This document shows, piece after piece, positions 38,737 to 47,693 of a DNA stretch of 64,000 nucleotides (its first letter is position 1; each line of letters opens with the position of its first letter). The stretch lies in contig CAWFFS010000010.1 in assembly GCA_963815145.1 (NCBI GenBank), forward strand, positions 178,860 through 242,859. The letters are read 5' to 3'. The stretch is from an uncultured delta proteobacterium (GTDB taxonomy: Bacteria; Desulfobacterota; DSM-4660; Desulfatiglandales; HGW-15). Below the pieces are notes generated by a model. That model had not been told where the DNA came from. It saw only the letters and a list, made by a program, of their open reading frames with translations, and searched no databases. The position numbers and the translations under genes are program-made.

Positions 38737-38943
38737 ATGATACCTAATTGCACTAAATGCGAGCATTATTATATAACCTGGGATAAAAACCATCCATATG
38801 GATGCAGGGCCATGAATTTTAAAAGCAGCGAACTGCCATCAGTAGCGGTCCGTGAAAATTCCGGAATGAACTGCCTTCAATTCAAAACCAAAAAGCAGAA
38901 GAAAAAACCTGGCAGCACATATACGAAAACTAAACTTATCTGA
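38737..38943 (+). CDS. small Cys-containing (zinc-ribbon-like) protein with Lys-rich tail, unknown function
   Basis: 68 aa, 'CTKCEHYYITWDKNHPYGCRAMNFKS...MNCLQFKTKKQKKK'. The start lies 1 nt after the preceding stop, suggesting translational coupling. Confidence 0.5.
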   Translation: MIPNCTKCEHYYITWDKNHPYGCRAMNFKSSELPSVAVRENSGMNCLQFKTKKQKKKPGSTYTKTKLI

Positions 38944-38982
38944 ATGTTCTTAAACCACAACTGATTACCTTGATTTATGTTA

Positions 38983-39011
38983 TTGACCTGAGAGTATAAA
39001 TTACTTATACC
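38983..39011 (+). promoter_or_regulatory. candidate sigma-70 promoter for the bicupin-like gene
   Basis: TTGACC-17 nt-TATACC. AAGGAGG RBS lies before the ATG at 39050. Confidence 0.3.
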
Positions 39012-39049
39012 AAGCGAAGCAATTAACTAATAAGGAGGACGTTTTTTCG

Positions 39050-39976
39050 ATGGCTGATTTAATTTCACGATCTGAATATGAAAAGTACGCGATAAGAAAA
39101 CCTGATATGAGTATCTTTCCCGGGGTAAAGGGGCGTGAACCAGTCATGACCTACCTTAACGACAAACTGTTTCCAGGCGTACCCTATAATATCGATCTTA
39201 GCTTTATAACTTCAGTGCCTGAACCACACATTTTTGAACATGCAATCGATTATGACAGAATTTATATTTTCTGGAGCACGGACCATAAAGAGCCCCAAAA
39301 TCTAGGCGCCACCATCGAGTGCTATATTGGCGGTCAGAGAACCGAGTTCAGCAATACAACCAGTCTTTTTATCCCAAAAGGGATGAGACTGGGGCCGATA
39401 AACTGGTTGAAAGTGAATCGCCCACATGTCATGATGGAGTTTATTCTTGGCACCGGTGACAGTTCCGTACTGACAGGCAGCGGCATTTTTGATCCCAAAG
39501 ACGGGCTACCCGAAAAGACCGATGAAACAGACTATGAACAGTATGTCATCCGGAGCCCCCTGAGGGAAGCCGGTGACCCGCGTCAGGGGCCGTACAGGAT
39601 GTATCCTACCATGACATACATGAGCTCAAGACAGTGCAAGGCTAACAACAACTACATAGAATTCGGATATATCTGGGATAAAGTTGATCCGCCCCTGCCG
39701 AGAATGACACACTATAACTTTGATGAAATCGTTTTGCATTTCGGCAGCGATCCTGATAATCCAACCGACCTCGGCGGTCATATGAGATTCGATGTAGGAA
39801 ATGACAAACTTGAATTTGATACCAACTACTGTATCTGGCTCCCTAAAGGAGTTACTCACGGCCCGCTGATGTTTTATGATGTCAAGAAGCCTTTTATAGA
39901 AATGGCTATTATGCTGAATGCCGGTACAGTTGAAGAATACAGGGATGATTCCAACTTTGAAACGGATATAGAATAA
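39050..39976 (+). CDS. two-module cupin-like protein (N-module degenerate), unknown function
   Basis: C-half 'THYNFDEIVLHFGSDPDNPTDLGGHMRFDVGNDKLEFDTNYCIWLPKGVTHGPL' and N-half 'FEHAIDYDRIYIFWSTDHKEPQNLGATIECYIGGQRTEFSNTTSLFIPKGMRLGPI' both align to the proteins at 44626 and 45123. Confidence 0.5.
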   Translation: MADLISRSEYEKYAIRKPDMSIFPGVKGREPVMTYLNDKLFPGVPYNIDLSFITSVPEPHIFEHAIDYDRIYIFWSTDHKEPQNLGATIECYIGGQRTEFSNTTSLFIPKGMRLGPINWLKVNRPHVMMEFILGTGDSSVLTGSGIFDPKDGLPEKTDETDYEQYVIRSPLREAGDPRQGPYRMYPTMTYMSSRQCKANNNYIEFGYIWDKVDPPLPRMTHYNFDEIVLHFGSDPDNPTDLGGHMRFDVGNDKLEFDTNYCIWLPKGVTHGPLMFYDVKKPFIEMAIMLNAGTVEEYRDDSNFETDIE

Positions 39977-39993
39977 GTAGAAAGTGTTATTAC

Positions 39994-40024
39994 AAAAAAA
40001 GGGGGCTGAAACAGCCCTCTTTTT
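39994..40024. terminator. bidirectional intrinsic terminator between convergent genes
   Basis: AAAAAAA-GGGGGCTG-aaa-CAGCCCTC-TTTTT. Confidence 0.7.
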
Positions 40025-40041
40025 ATTTTGCAAAAGATATA

Positions 40042-41970
40042 TCAGGCATTAACTGCAGCCCTGGTATAATTTTCCAGGAAATACCCTAAAGATTCGGATT
40101 GACTCATTGTAAGGTCTCTGAATTGAATGCCCCTTCTCCTTACTGACACATCGGTCAGGTCCCTGGAATTATTCAATACTATATCCGATACGGTCCTGCA
40201 TGGAATATTTTCCAGAACAAACCTTTTATCAGATGTCATAATAGAGTATTTGCCGTTTTCAACTATCTGATTTCTAATACTGTAATACTTGAATGACATC
40301 CCTGATTTGCTAATGTCAAGCAAAGTGTGTCTTTTTTCAGGCCTGGAACTGGAAACGACAAAGATATCCTCTTTTACTTTAAACCTGTCTCCGCGCCTTC
40401 TATCCTTATTACTGGCACTAAGAACATTCTTTATAGCTATTGCCAGTGTGTTTGTCCGGACAGGTTTTGTCAGGATTTCGCATATCCCTTTATTTTTTAG
40501 ACTTTCCTGATCCACTCTATTATTAAAACCTGTGCAGATGATAACAGGTGTATTTTTTCTGATCTCATGAATTTTTAAGGCAAGGAGATCACCTGTCATC
40601 CTAGGCATTGTCATATCGGTAATTACCAGGTCAAATGCATCCGGATCATTCTCAAATACCTCAAGGGCACGGTTACTTTCAGTAAAGGCCTCGACCCTGT
40701 ATCCAAGCTGCTCCATCATAATCTTCATTGTATCTGCAATCATATATTCGTCATCCACAAGCATGATGTTTTCTTTGCCGCAGGGAATATACTCATTATC
40801 CAGAACGGGCTTGTCATCTATTACAGCATCAATCACTGGAATATAAACGGTAAATACGGTTCCAGAGCCGACTCTGCTGTCTACTTTGATTATACCCCCA
40901 TGGCTTTTTATAATCCCATGCACCACTGACAGACCCATACCTGTACCTTTTCCTGGCTCCTTTGTCGTAAAATAGGGATCAAATACCCGCTTGATTACTT
41001 CTTTTGATATCCCATGCCCTGTATCAGATATGGTGAGTTCAGCATAAGGTCCCTGGGGCAGATCACTAAATGATGTTATTGGATCTACACCTATAACCTT
41101 TGTAGTTACATTTACCCGGATTACTCCGCCGGAGATCATTGCGTGCGCTGCATTTGTACAGAGATTTACCATAACCTGGTTTAACTGGGTCGGATCACCC
41201 ATAACAACAAGCTTGGAATCTGGAATATTTTTTCTTATTTCAATATCTGACGGCAAACTTGATCTGAGAAGCTTCAGTGATTCATTAATACTTGAAATAA
41301 AATCGATAGGTTTTTTTTCTGCATCAGTAATTCTTGAAAAACTCAGGAGACGGCTGACCATCTCTTCTGCTCTGCAGCTAGCTGTGATTATATTATTCAG
41401 GTATTGCCTTGTCGGACTGTCCTTCTGGGTTGTTCTTATGGCAAGCTCGGTATTGCCTATTATTATGCCCAGAGTGTTATTGAAATCATGTGCCATGCCC
41501 CCTGCCAAGGTCCCTATCGCTTCCATTTTCTGAGACTGCCGAAGCTGGAGTTCCAGTTGTTTTTTTTCCGATTGAATTACTCTCTTCTCATCTTTCGATC
41601 TCTTATGCCTTATCGCATTTTCCACCCTTATCATCAGTTCATCAGCGTCGAAAGGTTTTCTGATATAGTCGGAAGCACCTTTTCTTATTGCTTTTATCGC
41701 TGAATCCATTGTAGTGTCGCCGGTCATTATAATAAATATGGTGTCAAGGTCCAGATCCATGACAGTCTCCATAATCTGAAATCCGTTCATCACAGGCATC
41801 ATAACATCCAGGATAGCCAGATCGAACTCTGTCTGATGCAGAAGTTCGACTGCCTCCAGGGCATCATTGGTTACTGTTATGTTATACTCCCTTCTGGTCA
41901 GCACAGCTTTTACACTTGCAGCCACAACAGTATCATCATCAACAATTAATATTTTTACGCTCGGATCCAT
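40042..41970 (-). CDS. hybrid sensor histidine kinase/response regulator with C-terminal PilZ domain (REC-HisKA-HATPase-REC-PilZ)
   Basis: REC1 'ILIVDDD...DLAILDVMMPVMNG'. H-box 'GGMAHDFNNTLGII'. ATPase 'DTGHGIS...GTGMGLSVV'. REC2 'IMLVDDEYM...DLVITDMTMPRMTG'. PilZ motifs 'RRRGDR' and 'DISKSG'. Confidence 0.85.
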   Translation of the reverse strand: MDPSVKILIVDDDTVVAASVKAVLTRREYNITVTNDALEAVELLHQTEFDLAILDVMMPVMNGFQIMETVMDLDLDTIFIIMTGDTTMDSAIKAIRKGASDYIRKPFDADELMIRVENAIRHKRSKDEKRVIQSEKKQLELQLRQSQKMEAIGTLAGGMAHDFNNTLGIIIGNTELAIRTTQKDSPTRQYLNNIITASCRAEEMVSRLLSFSRITDAEKKPIDFISSINESLKLLRSSLPSDIEIRKNIPDSKLVVMGDPTQLNQVMVNLCTNAAHAMISGGVIRVNVTTKVIGVDPITSFSDLPQGPYAELTISDTGHGISKEVIKRVFDPYFTTKEPGKGTGMGLSVVHGIIKSHGGIIKVDSRVGSGTVFTVYIPVIDAVIDDKPVLDNEYIPCGKENIMLVDDEYMIADTMKIMMEQLGYRVEAFTESNRALEVFENDPDAFDLVITDMTMPRMTGDLLALKIHEIRKNTPVIICTGFNNRVDQESLKNKGICEILTKPVRTNTLAIAIKNVLSASNKDRRRGDRFKVKEDIFVVSSSRPEKRHTLLDISKSGMSFKYYSIRNQIVENGKYSIMTSDKRFVLENIPCRTVSDIVLNNSRDLTDVSVRRRGIQFRDLTMSQSESLGYFLENYTRAAVNA

Positions 41971-42062
41971 AAAAACTCCTTTAAAGGCATACGAATATTC
42001 TTACAGTCTAATTTATTTTGTATGAACTATGGTCATTATTCCGAATATTTGCCGTTTTTCTA

Positions 42063-44270
42063 TCAGTTAATGACCGGTAGCATTATTTTAAAACATGTCC
42101 CTTTGAGCGTATTATCATCCAGTATGACTGTTCCGCCCATTTTTTTGATCAGTTCATGGACGATCAGTAATCCTAATCCGTCATGATCAGCCTTTGTTGT
42201 TGACTGTTTTTTAAATAGATTCGGCCTTAAATGATCCGGAAAACCGTGACCTTCATCAGAAATTGATATTTCTACTTTTTTTGCATCGTCTCCGGAACTA
42301 TTTGTTTTCACATCACCAGCCTGAGAGCCTTTTTTGTATCGAACATTTACCTTAATACTTCCTCCCAGAGGCATTGCTTCTATGGAGTTATTGATAAGAT
42401 TAATCAACACCTGCCTGAAGGCATCTTTATCGATCATTACATCCGGAATATCTTCATCACCTTCGAAATATATATTTATTTCCGAGCTATCTACACGGCT
42501 GTTTTTTATAAGCAGGATAGTATCTGAAATAATGCTGTACAGACTCGAAACTGTCTTTACCGGTTTTTTTTCAGGGGAAGACGACTTGAATTCTTTCAAC
42601 AATTTGCCGATGCGGTCCAGTTCATCATCTATTATCCTGATCTCATCGTTCTCGACATTTATATCATCCAGCTTCATGTTGAGGACCTTCAGATAATTCT
42701 TTATTGCGCTTAGCGGGTTATTGATTTCATGGATAAGCTTTCTGGTCTTTATAGAATTTGTTTCAGTGTTTTTTTCTGCTGCATCTTCGCTGTTTTTCTG
42801 CGATTCTTCGTAAACTATATAAGGCATCACTAAATCCATGAAATACAGAACTCTTTCAATGCCCTTTTTATTGACAGTTCGCCAGGTATTATTGACTCCA
42901 AGAACAATAACCCCTGTAATCTTATCTTCATTCATCAAAGGCAGGCAAAAGAGCCCGTCCATATTTATGAGGTTTGCTATTTGAAGGTCAAAAAGAGCCG
43001 GATCGGTGTTATTAACTCTATCAAGGGAGTTTATTTCTATCTCCATCAAAAAGGAGTTAACAATTGAACTGTCTTTAACATCCATTGAGACTGTCAGATC
43101 GCCAGAGAGTAATGCGCTTTCAGGTAGACCGAGTTTTATACCATCAAGAGATCTGTTTTCGATGTTATGCCTGAAATAAAATATTTGGTCCATTCCGGTA
43201 AGGAAATGTATGGCCTTCCCAATATTGTCGAATCGTTCTTTTTCATCGGCAGATTTACGAACCCGGGCAGCCAGCACCGACATTAATGAACCACCTCCTA
43301 CGTCATTCAGGAGTATAACTTTTTGTTCATCTTTAGATTGATATGCTATTTCACTGTTATCACTAGATATTTCCACACCAAGATTCAACAGACGATTCTG
43401 GGCTTTCAACTCCGCGATAGAGATTAGCTCGTCTATCAGGCTATCTTTTAAATTGAATAATTCTCTTCCTGTTTCCAGATGCTTTGAACGATCCTTTTCA
43501 TCCTGGGTATAGACCATGCCTGAAAAATAGACCAGTTTTACCAGTTTATTTGCCTGCTTTATCTTTTTTATCGGGTGGTGGTGATAAAAAATTGCATCTG
43601 AGATAAAAGGAAAAGAGGCCCAGTGCTCAACCATATGAGCCCCCAGAAAACAGTGATTTATACCCATGGCATGATCTTCCGATGACACCTGATTTAAATA
43701 ATCAAAGCCCTCTGAAGAACTGAGCGCGCCATATTGCACAGGAAATCTGTTTGACAGGACAATAGAACCTACATTATGGATAAGTGCGGCAATATATGCA
43801 GGAAATGAAGAATAGCCTACTGCCTCCGAGATTAAAGCCGAGAGATGTGCGGCCTTGAGGGAAATAAAAAAATGGTTGTTTCTACAGGGTCCAATGCTGT
43901 CTGAATCCGATAAGACCAGAGGGTGAATCAATAAATCTTTGATCAGCTGAACGGAAACGTCCTTTCCAATTATTTCTATTGCATCATCGAAGCTGGCTAT
44001 ATTTCTATTGCCGGAAATAAGAGTCGAATGCGTTAAATTCAGGATATTAAAGGCAAGTGAAGGACTTACAGCAATAAAATTATGGATATCTTCGGTAATT
44101 TCACGGAGATCGCCAGATTTGAGGACAGCGGAACGGATTTCCGTTTCAACAGGAAGAAACGGGGGCCTATCAATAATAGAGTCAATAGATCCTTTGATTA
44201 ACCTATTATAATTTTTCCCGCGATAATATGATGAGTTCCGTTGGGTCATCCGCAATATCTTCATCTTCAT
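42063..44270 (-). CDS. HDOD domain, GAF-like domain, histidine kinase
   Basis: N-terminal HDOD-like 'LPVETEIRSAVLKSGDLREITEDIHNFIAVSPSLAFNILNL...ALIHNVGSIVL'. H-box 'LIHEINNPLSAIKNYL'. ATPase 'DEGHGFP...DGLGLLIVHE'. Confidence 0.75.
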   Translation of the reverse strand: MKMKILRMTQRNSSYYRGKNYNRLIKGSIDSIIDRPPFLPVETEIRSAVLKSGDLREITEDIHNFIAVSPSLAFNILNLTHSTLISGNRNIASFDDAIEIIGKDVSVQLIKDLLIHPLVLSDSDSIGPCRNNHFFISLKAAHLSALISEAVGYSSFPAYIAALIHNVGSIVLSNRFPVQYGALSSSEGFDYLNQVSSEDHAMGINHCFLGAHMVEHWASFPFISDAIFYHHHPIKKIKQANKLVKLVYFSGMVYTQDEKDRSKHLETGRELFNLKDSLIDELISIAELKAQNRLLNLGVEISSDNSEIAYQSKDEQKVILLNDVGGGSLMSVLAARVRKSADEKERFDNIGKAIHFLTGMDQIFYFRHNIENRSLDGIKLGLPESALLSGDLTVSMDVKDSSIVNSFLMEIEINSLDRVNNTDPALFDLQIANLINMDGLFCLPLMNEDKITGVIVLGVNNTWRTVNKKGIERVLYFMDLVMPYIVYEESQKNSEDAAEKNTETNSIKTRKLIHEINNPLSAIKNYLKVLNMKLDDINVENDEIRIIDDELDRIGKLLKEFKSSSPEKKPVKTVSSLYSIISDTILLIKNSRVDSSEINIYFEGDEDIPDVMIDKDAFRQVLINLINNSIEAMPLGGSIKVNVRYKKGSQAGDVKTNSSGDDAKKVEISISDEGHGFPDHLRPNLFKKQSTTKADHDGLGLLIVHELIKKMGGTVILDDNTLKGTCFKIMLPVIN

Positions 44271-44544
44271 TATGTCATGATTTCTATAAATTTATGGCAT
44301 CAACAGCATCTTTTTGAAAAAATGCATCCCATTTTGACGACAGCGGACCCATAGATAACTAAGATGCTTTAAATTCCCATATAATAACAAACCTGATTTG
44401 TCAACAAAATATAGCGCATCAACGTAATTAATTCCCTATATATGGTATTTCCTCAATAAAACAGTGCAAATTATTATTAATAATGTTTTTGCGCATTTAA
44501 ATTAAAATCGACACATATGAATATTATCTTGAAGGTTTTTGCAT

Positions 44545-44581
44545 AAAAAAGCGGCCCCCTGATCTTTTTACAGTCAGGGGG
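44545..44581 (-). terminator. intrinsic terminator after the two-gene cupin operon
   Basis: The minus strand has stem CCCCCTGA/TCAGGGGG (44555-44562 / 44574-44581), followed by GCCGCTTTTTT. Confidence 0.6.
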
Positions 44582-44625
44582 ACTGTTCAGGCAAGATTAT
44601 TTATAATTTTAAACGGAGTTTAAAA

Positions 44626-45063
44626 CTATTCGTATCTCAGCGTCGGCCCTGCAGTAAAATGTATGATTGGCCGAATAACATTTTTGATTATCAATGGACC
44701 GTGTTCGATCCCGGCAGGTATAAAAGAAGCAAAACTTTCTGTTATATTATGGGTTTTGCCGTCGATTGTGAACTCTATCTCTGCACCAAGATCGTAAATA
44801 TTATCATAATTATATCCATAGAAGCCTAAAAATTCTCCCCAGCTGTGAGTATGGGCCTCAACATATGTAACACCTGTATTAAATACCTCACCGGGCATGA
44901 TCCACATGGCTTCGCTGTAAAAATCCGTATTATCAACCACATCCGCATCAAGATGAACAATTTTCCTGAAAAACTTCGGGTCCATTACGGGCCTGTAAGA
45001 TGGATATGTCAGGTTTGGTTTATCTGACCATACAAAGTATTTGGCATGTGTCTTTTCCGCCAT
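44626..45063 (-). CDS. cupin-like protein, unknown function (paralogue family)
   Basis: 'AHTHSWGEFLGFYG' (HxH...E) and 'IPAGIEHGPL' (PxGxxH) are cupin metal motifs. Confidence 0.55.
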   Translation of the reverse strand: MAEKTHAKYFVWSDKPNLTYPSYRPVMDPKFFRKIVHLDADVVDNTDFYSEAMWIMPGEVFNTGVTYVEAHTHSWGEFLGFYGYNYDNIYDLGAEIEFTIDGKTHNITESFASFIPAGIEHGPLIIKNVIRPIIHFTAGPTLRYE

Positions 45064-45122
45064 TTTATCTCCTTGAAAAATAGATTACATATCTGGATAA
45101 CATAATGTTATCCTGTCTTTTC

Positions 45123-45626
45123 CTAGGCGTAAGCCTGACCTGGCCCGACCGTGTAATGGAATATTGGAATTTGCATAGGACTCAGCACCTTCAATGGACA
45201 GTGCACCATTCCTGCCGGTATATAAACAAGAAAACTTTTATCAATTATAAATTTTTCGTCCTCCAGCCAGAATTCTATTGTCATACCCAGATAACTCGGG
45301 TCATCAGGATTAGACCCGAACATAGTGAGTACTTCCGAAAATTCATGGGCATGGGGGGCAATCCCCTCTTGTTTTTCCATCTCTTCTCTTGTCATAACAG
45401 GCTGTGGGCGCTGATCTTTAAATGTAGAAGGCCAGATCCAGGTACTTTCCCCGTAAAAGGCGCCGGGGATCACATCGCTGTCCATCCAGTTAATATGCTC
45501 CAGATGGAGGCGAAATCCCTCATCATCATATCCTCTGCCGATTTTCTGATCACCCTTATAGCCTGGCATCTGGGCTACCTGTTTAAGATCAGTGCAGATA
45601 TAAGGTCCGTATTTTGACTCTTTCAT
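45123..45626 (-). CDS. cupin-like protein, unknown function (paralogue family)
   Basis: 'PHAHEFSEVLTMFG' and 'IPAGMVHCPL'. It aligns with the 44626 protein and with both halves of the 39050 protein. Confidence 0.55.
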   Translation of the reverse strand: MKESKYGPYICTDLKQVAQMPGYKGDQKIGRGYDDEGFRLHLEHINWMDSDVIPGAFYGESTWIWPSTFKDQRPQPVMTREEMEKQEGIAPHAHEFSEVLTMFGSNPDDPSYLGMTIEFWLEDEKFIIDKSFLVYIPAGMVHCPLKVLSPMQIPIFHYTVGPGQAYA

Positions 45627-45888
45627 TTACATGCTCTCCTTTCATAAAACCTTTTTTGGTTATTCCGGGCTACTCTTGAATAAAATAAAAATTTTTAACA
45701 AAAAAGTATATTTAACGTGACTAGCAGTGTCAAGAATTCATTTAATCAGTAAGATTTATGTTACCATAAAATTTTGCAGCAGGAAAATTGAAACTGTATT
45801 GGAAAAGGAATCAGAAATTGCTTCTGGAGTGGCATTCCTGCCCATTACCGCTGTAGGCAGCAAAGGACAGGAATGCAGGGACAGCATT

Positions 45889-47517
45889 CTAACCAAGTAT
45901 TGCCTTCAAATCTTCATCCGGTGTGGTAATCGGCATGATATTGAAGTTTTTAACCAGCACATCAAGGACATTGGGTGTTATAAAGGCAGGCAGTGAAGGG
46001 CCGAGCCTTATATCTTTTATACCAAGATATAAAAGGGTCAGGAGAATTGCACATGCCTTCTGTTCATACCATGAAAGTATCATTGAAAGCGGAAGATCAT
46101 TAACTCCGCAATTGAATGCCTTTGAAAGGGCAACGGCTATCTGTATTGCAGAATAGGCATCATTGCATTGACCTATGTCCAGAAGCCTCGGGATGCCTCC
46201 AATATCCCCGAGTTTTTTATCGAAGAAACGGTATTTCCCACAGGCTAAAGTAAGAACAACGCAGTCGGAAGGTACTTTCTCAACAAATTCTGTATAATAG
46301 TTTCTTCCGGGTTTTGCACCGTCACAGCCAGCAACCAGAAAGAAGTGTTTTATTGCGCCGCCTTTAACAGCATCGATAACCTTGTCAGCTACACTCATGA
46401 CAGCATTTCGGCCAAAGCCGCACATAACAGTTCCCCTGTCCGTATCTTCCGGATAACCAGGCATTTCAAGGGCTTTATTGATAACAGCGGTAAAGTCATT
46501 ATTGGGAACATGCTGTACACCGGGCCAGCCTACGAGACCTGTAGTAAAAATATTATCCGAATAATTTGCCTGTGGCCTCTGAATACAGTTTGTTGTCATA
46601 AGAATTGCACCGGGGAATTCGCTGAACTCCTTTGCCTGATTCTGCCATGCGGTCCCATAGTGCCCGTAAAAATGGCCGAATTTCTTGAGATTGGGATAAC
46701 CATGTGTAGGGAGCATTTCACCGTGGGTATAGACATTGATCCCCTTCCCTTCTGTCTGTTTCAATATTGTTTCAAGATCCAGAAGATCATGACCCGAAAC
46801 AAGTATGGCCTTACCCTTTTTGGCGCCTAGCGGAACGACTGTGGGTACAGGATGGCCGTAACGGCTGGTATTTCCCATATCAAGCAATTCCATGGCTTTA
46901 AGGTTTATCTCACCGCACTTCAAGGTCAGGCCGACCCAGTCATTAAGTGAGAGATCCTTGTTCAGCATTGCGGCATACCCTTCATGGATATATGCATATA
47001 CGCTTTCATCTTCCTGCCCCAGAAGCTGTGCATGATCTGCATAGGCGCATACGCCTTTTATCCCGAACAGTGTTGTATGTTGAAGCGCAAGGATATCCGG
47101 ATCAACTGAGGTATCCGATTTAAGTCCGACGGTTTCACCCTTGGAGACAAGTTCATCTGTCGAGTTTCCAGGAACGTATTTGGCACAATCCTCTGAAAAA
47201 TCCGTTTTTCCCCCTGCCTCGGAAATTTTCTTTTTCAGTTGTTCCCGGAGCCGCGCACACTCATTTATCAATTCCACGAACCGGTTGCTGTCAAAATCAA
47301 CATTTGTAAGAGTAGAAAATGTTGCCCTGCAGGTAAATACATTGACATCCCTGTCACTGATTCCTGCCTTTCGCCCCTCAACTGCGTAGAGAGACAATCC
47401 TTTAAGCATGTAGATCAAGAGATCCTGTAATGCCGCAACATCCGGCTGTTTGCCGCATACACCGATCTTTGTACATCCTTCACCCTTAGCCGTCTGTTCA
47501 CATTGATAACAAAACAT
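45889..47517 (-). CDS. hcp: hybrid-cluster protein / hydroxylamine reductase
   Basis: N-terminal 'MFCYQCEQTAKGEGCTKIGVCGK' cluster motif, 542 aa, typical Hcp length and C-terminal 'ILLTLLYLGIKDIRLGPSLPAF'. Confidence 0.95.
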   Translation of the reverse strand: MFCYQCEQTAKGEGCTKIGVCGKQPDVAALQDLLIYMLKGLSLYAVEGRKAGISDRDVNVFTCRATFSTLTNVDFDSNRFVELINECARLREQLKKKISEAGGKTDFSEDCAKYVPGNSTDELVSKGETVGLKSDTSVDPDILALQHTTLFGIKGVCAYADHAQLLGQEDESVYAYIHEGYAAMLNKDLSLNDWVGLTLKCGEINLKAMELLDMGNTSRYGHPVPTVVPLGAKKGKAILVSGHDLLDLETILKQTEGKGINVYTHGEMLPTHGYPNLKKFGHFYGHYGTAWQNQAKEFSEFPGAILMTTNCIQRPQANYSDNIFTTGLVGWPGVQHVPNNDFTAVINKALEMPGYPEDTDRGTVMCGFGRNAVMSVADKVIDAVKGGAIKHFFLVAGCDGAKPGRNYYTEFVEKVPSDCVVLTLACGKYRFFDKKLGDIGGIPRLLDIGQCNDAYSAIQIAVALSKAFNCGVNDLPLSMILSWYEQKACAILLTLLYLGIKDIRLGPSLPAFITPNVLDVLVKNFNIMPITTPDEDLKAILG

Positions 47518-47567
47518 AATTTATCTCCTTCTTGGTGGTTTAAAAGTGTTTTCCTGTATTTTTGACA

Positions 47568-47609
47568 ATAGTATTTCATTCCGCTGTTCAATACATTGAT
47601 TTATGTCAA
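47568..47609 (-). promoter_or_regulatory. class-II type FNR/CRP-family dependent promoter of hcp
   Basis: The minus strand reads TTGACataaATCAA (47596-47609), then 22 nt, then TACTAT (47568-47573). This is the spacing expected for a site centred at -41.5. Confidence 0.5.
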
Positions 47610-47693
47610 AAAATAAAAAGATGAGAAAATTATCTTTGAAAATAAAGTTTTTTTTATTATCCTCTTTTTTAACGGGCGGTATCAACAGTTAAT

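Noticed and set aside
44295-44310. TGGCATcaacaGCATC as a sigma-54 promoter
   Set aside because: The GC is 2 nt too close to the GG, and the element points away from the nearest start codon (44270, minus strand).
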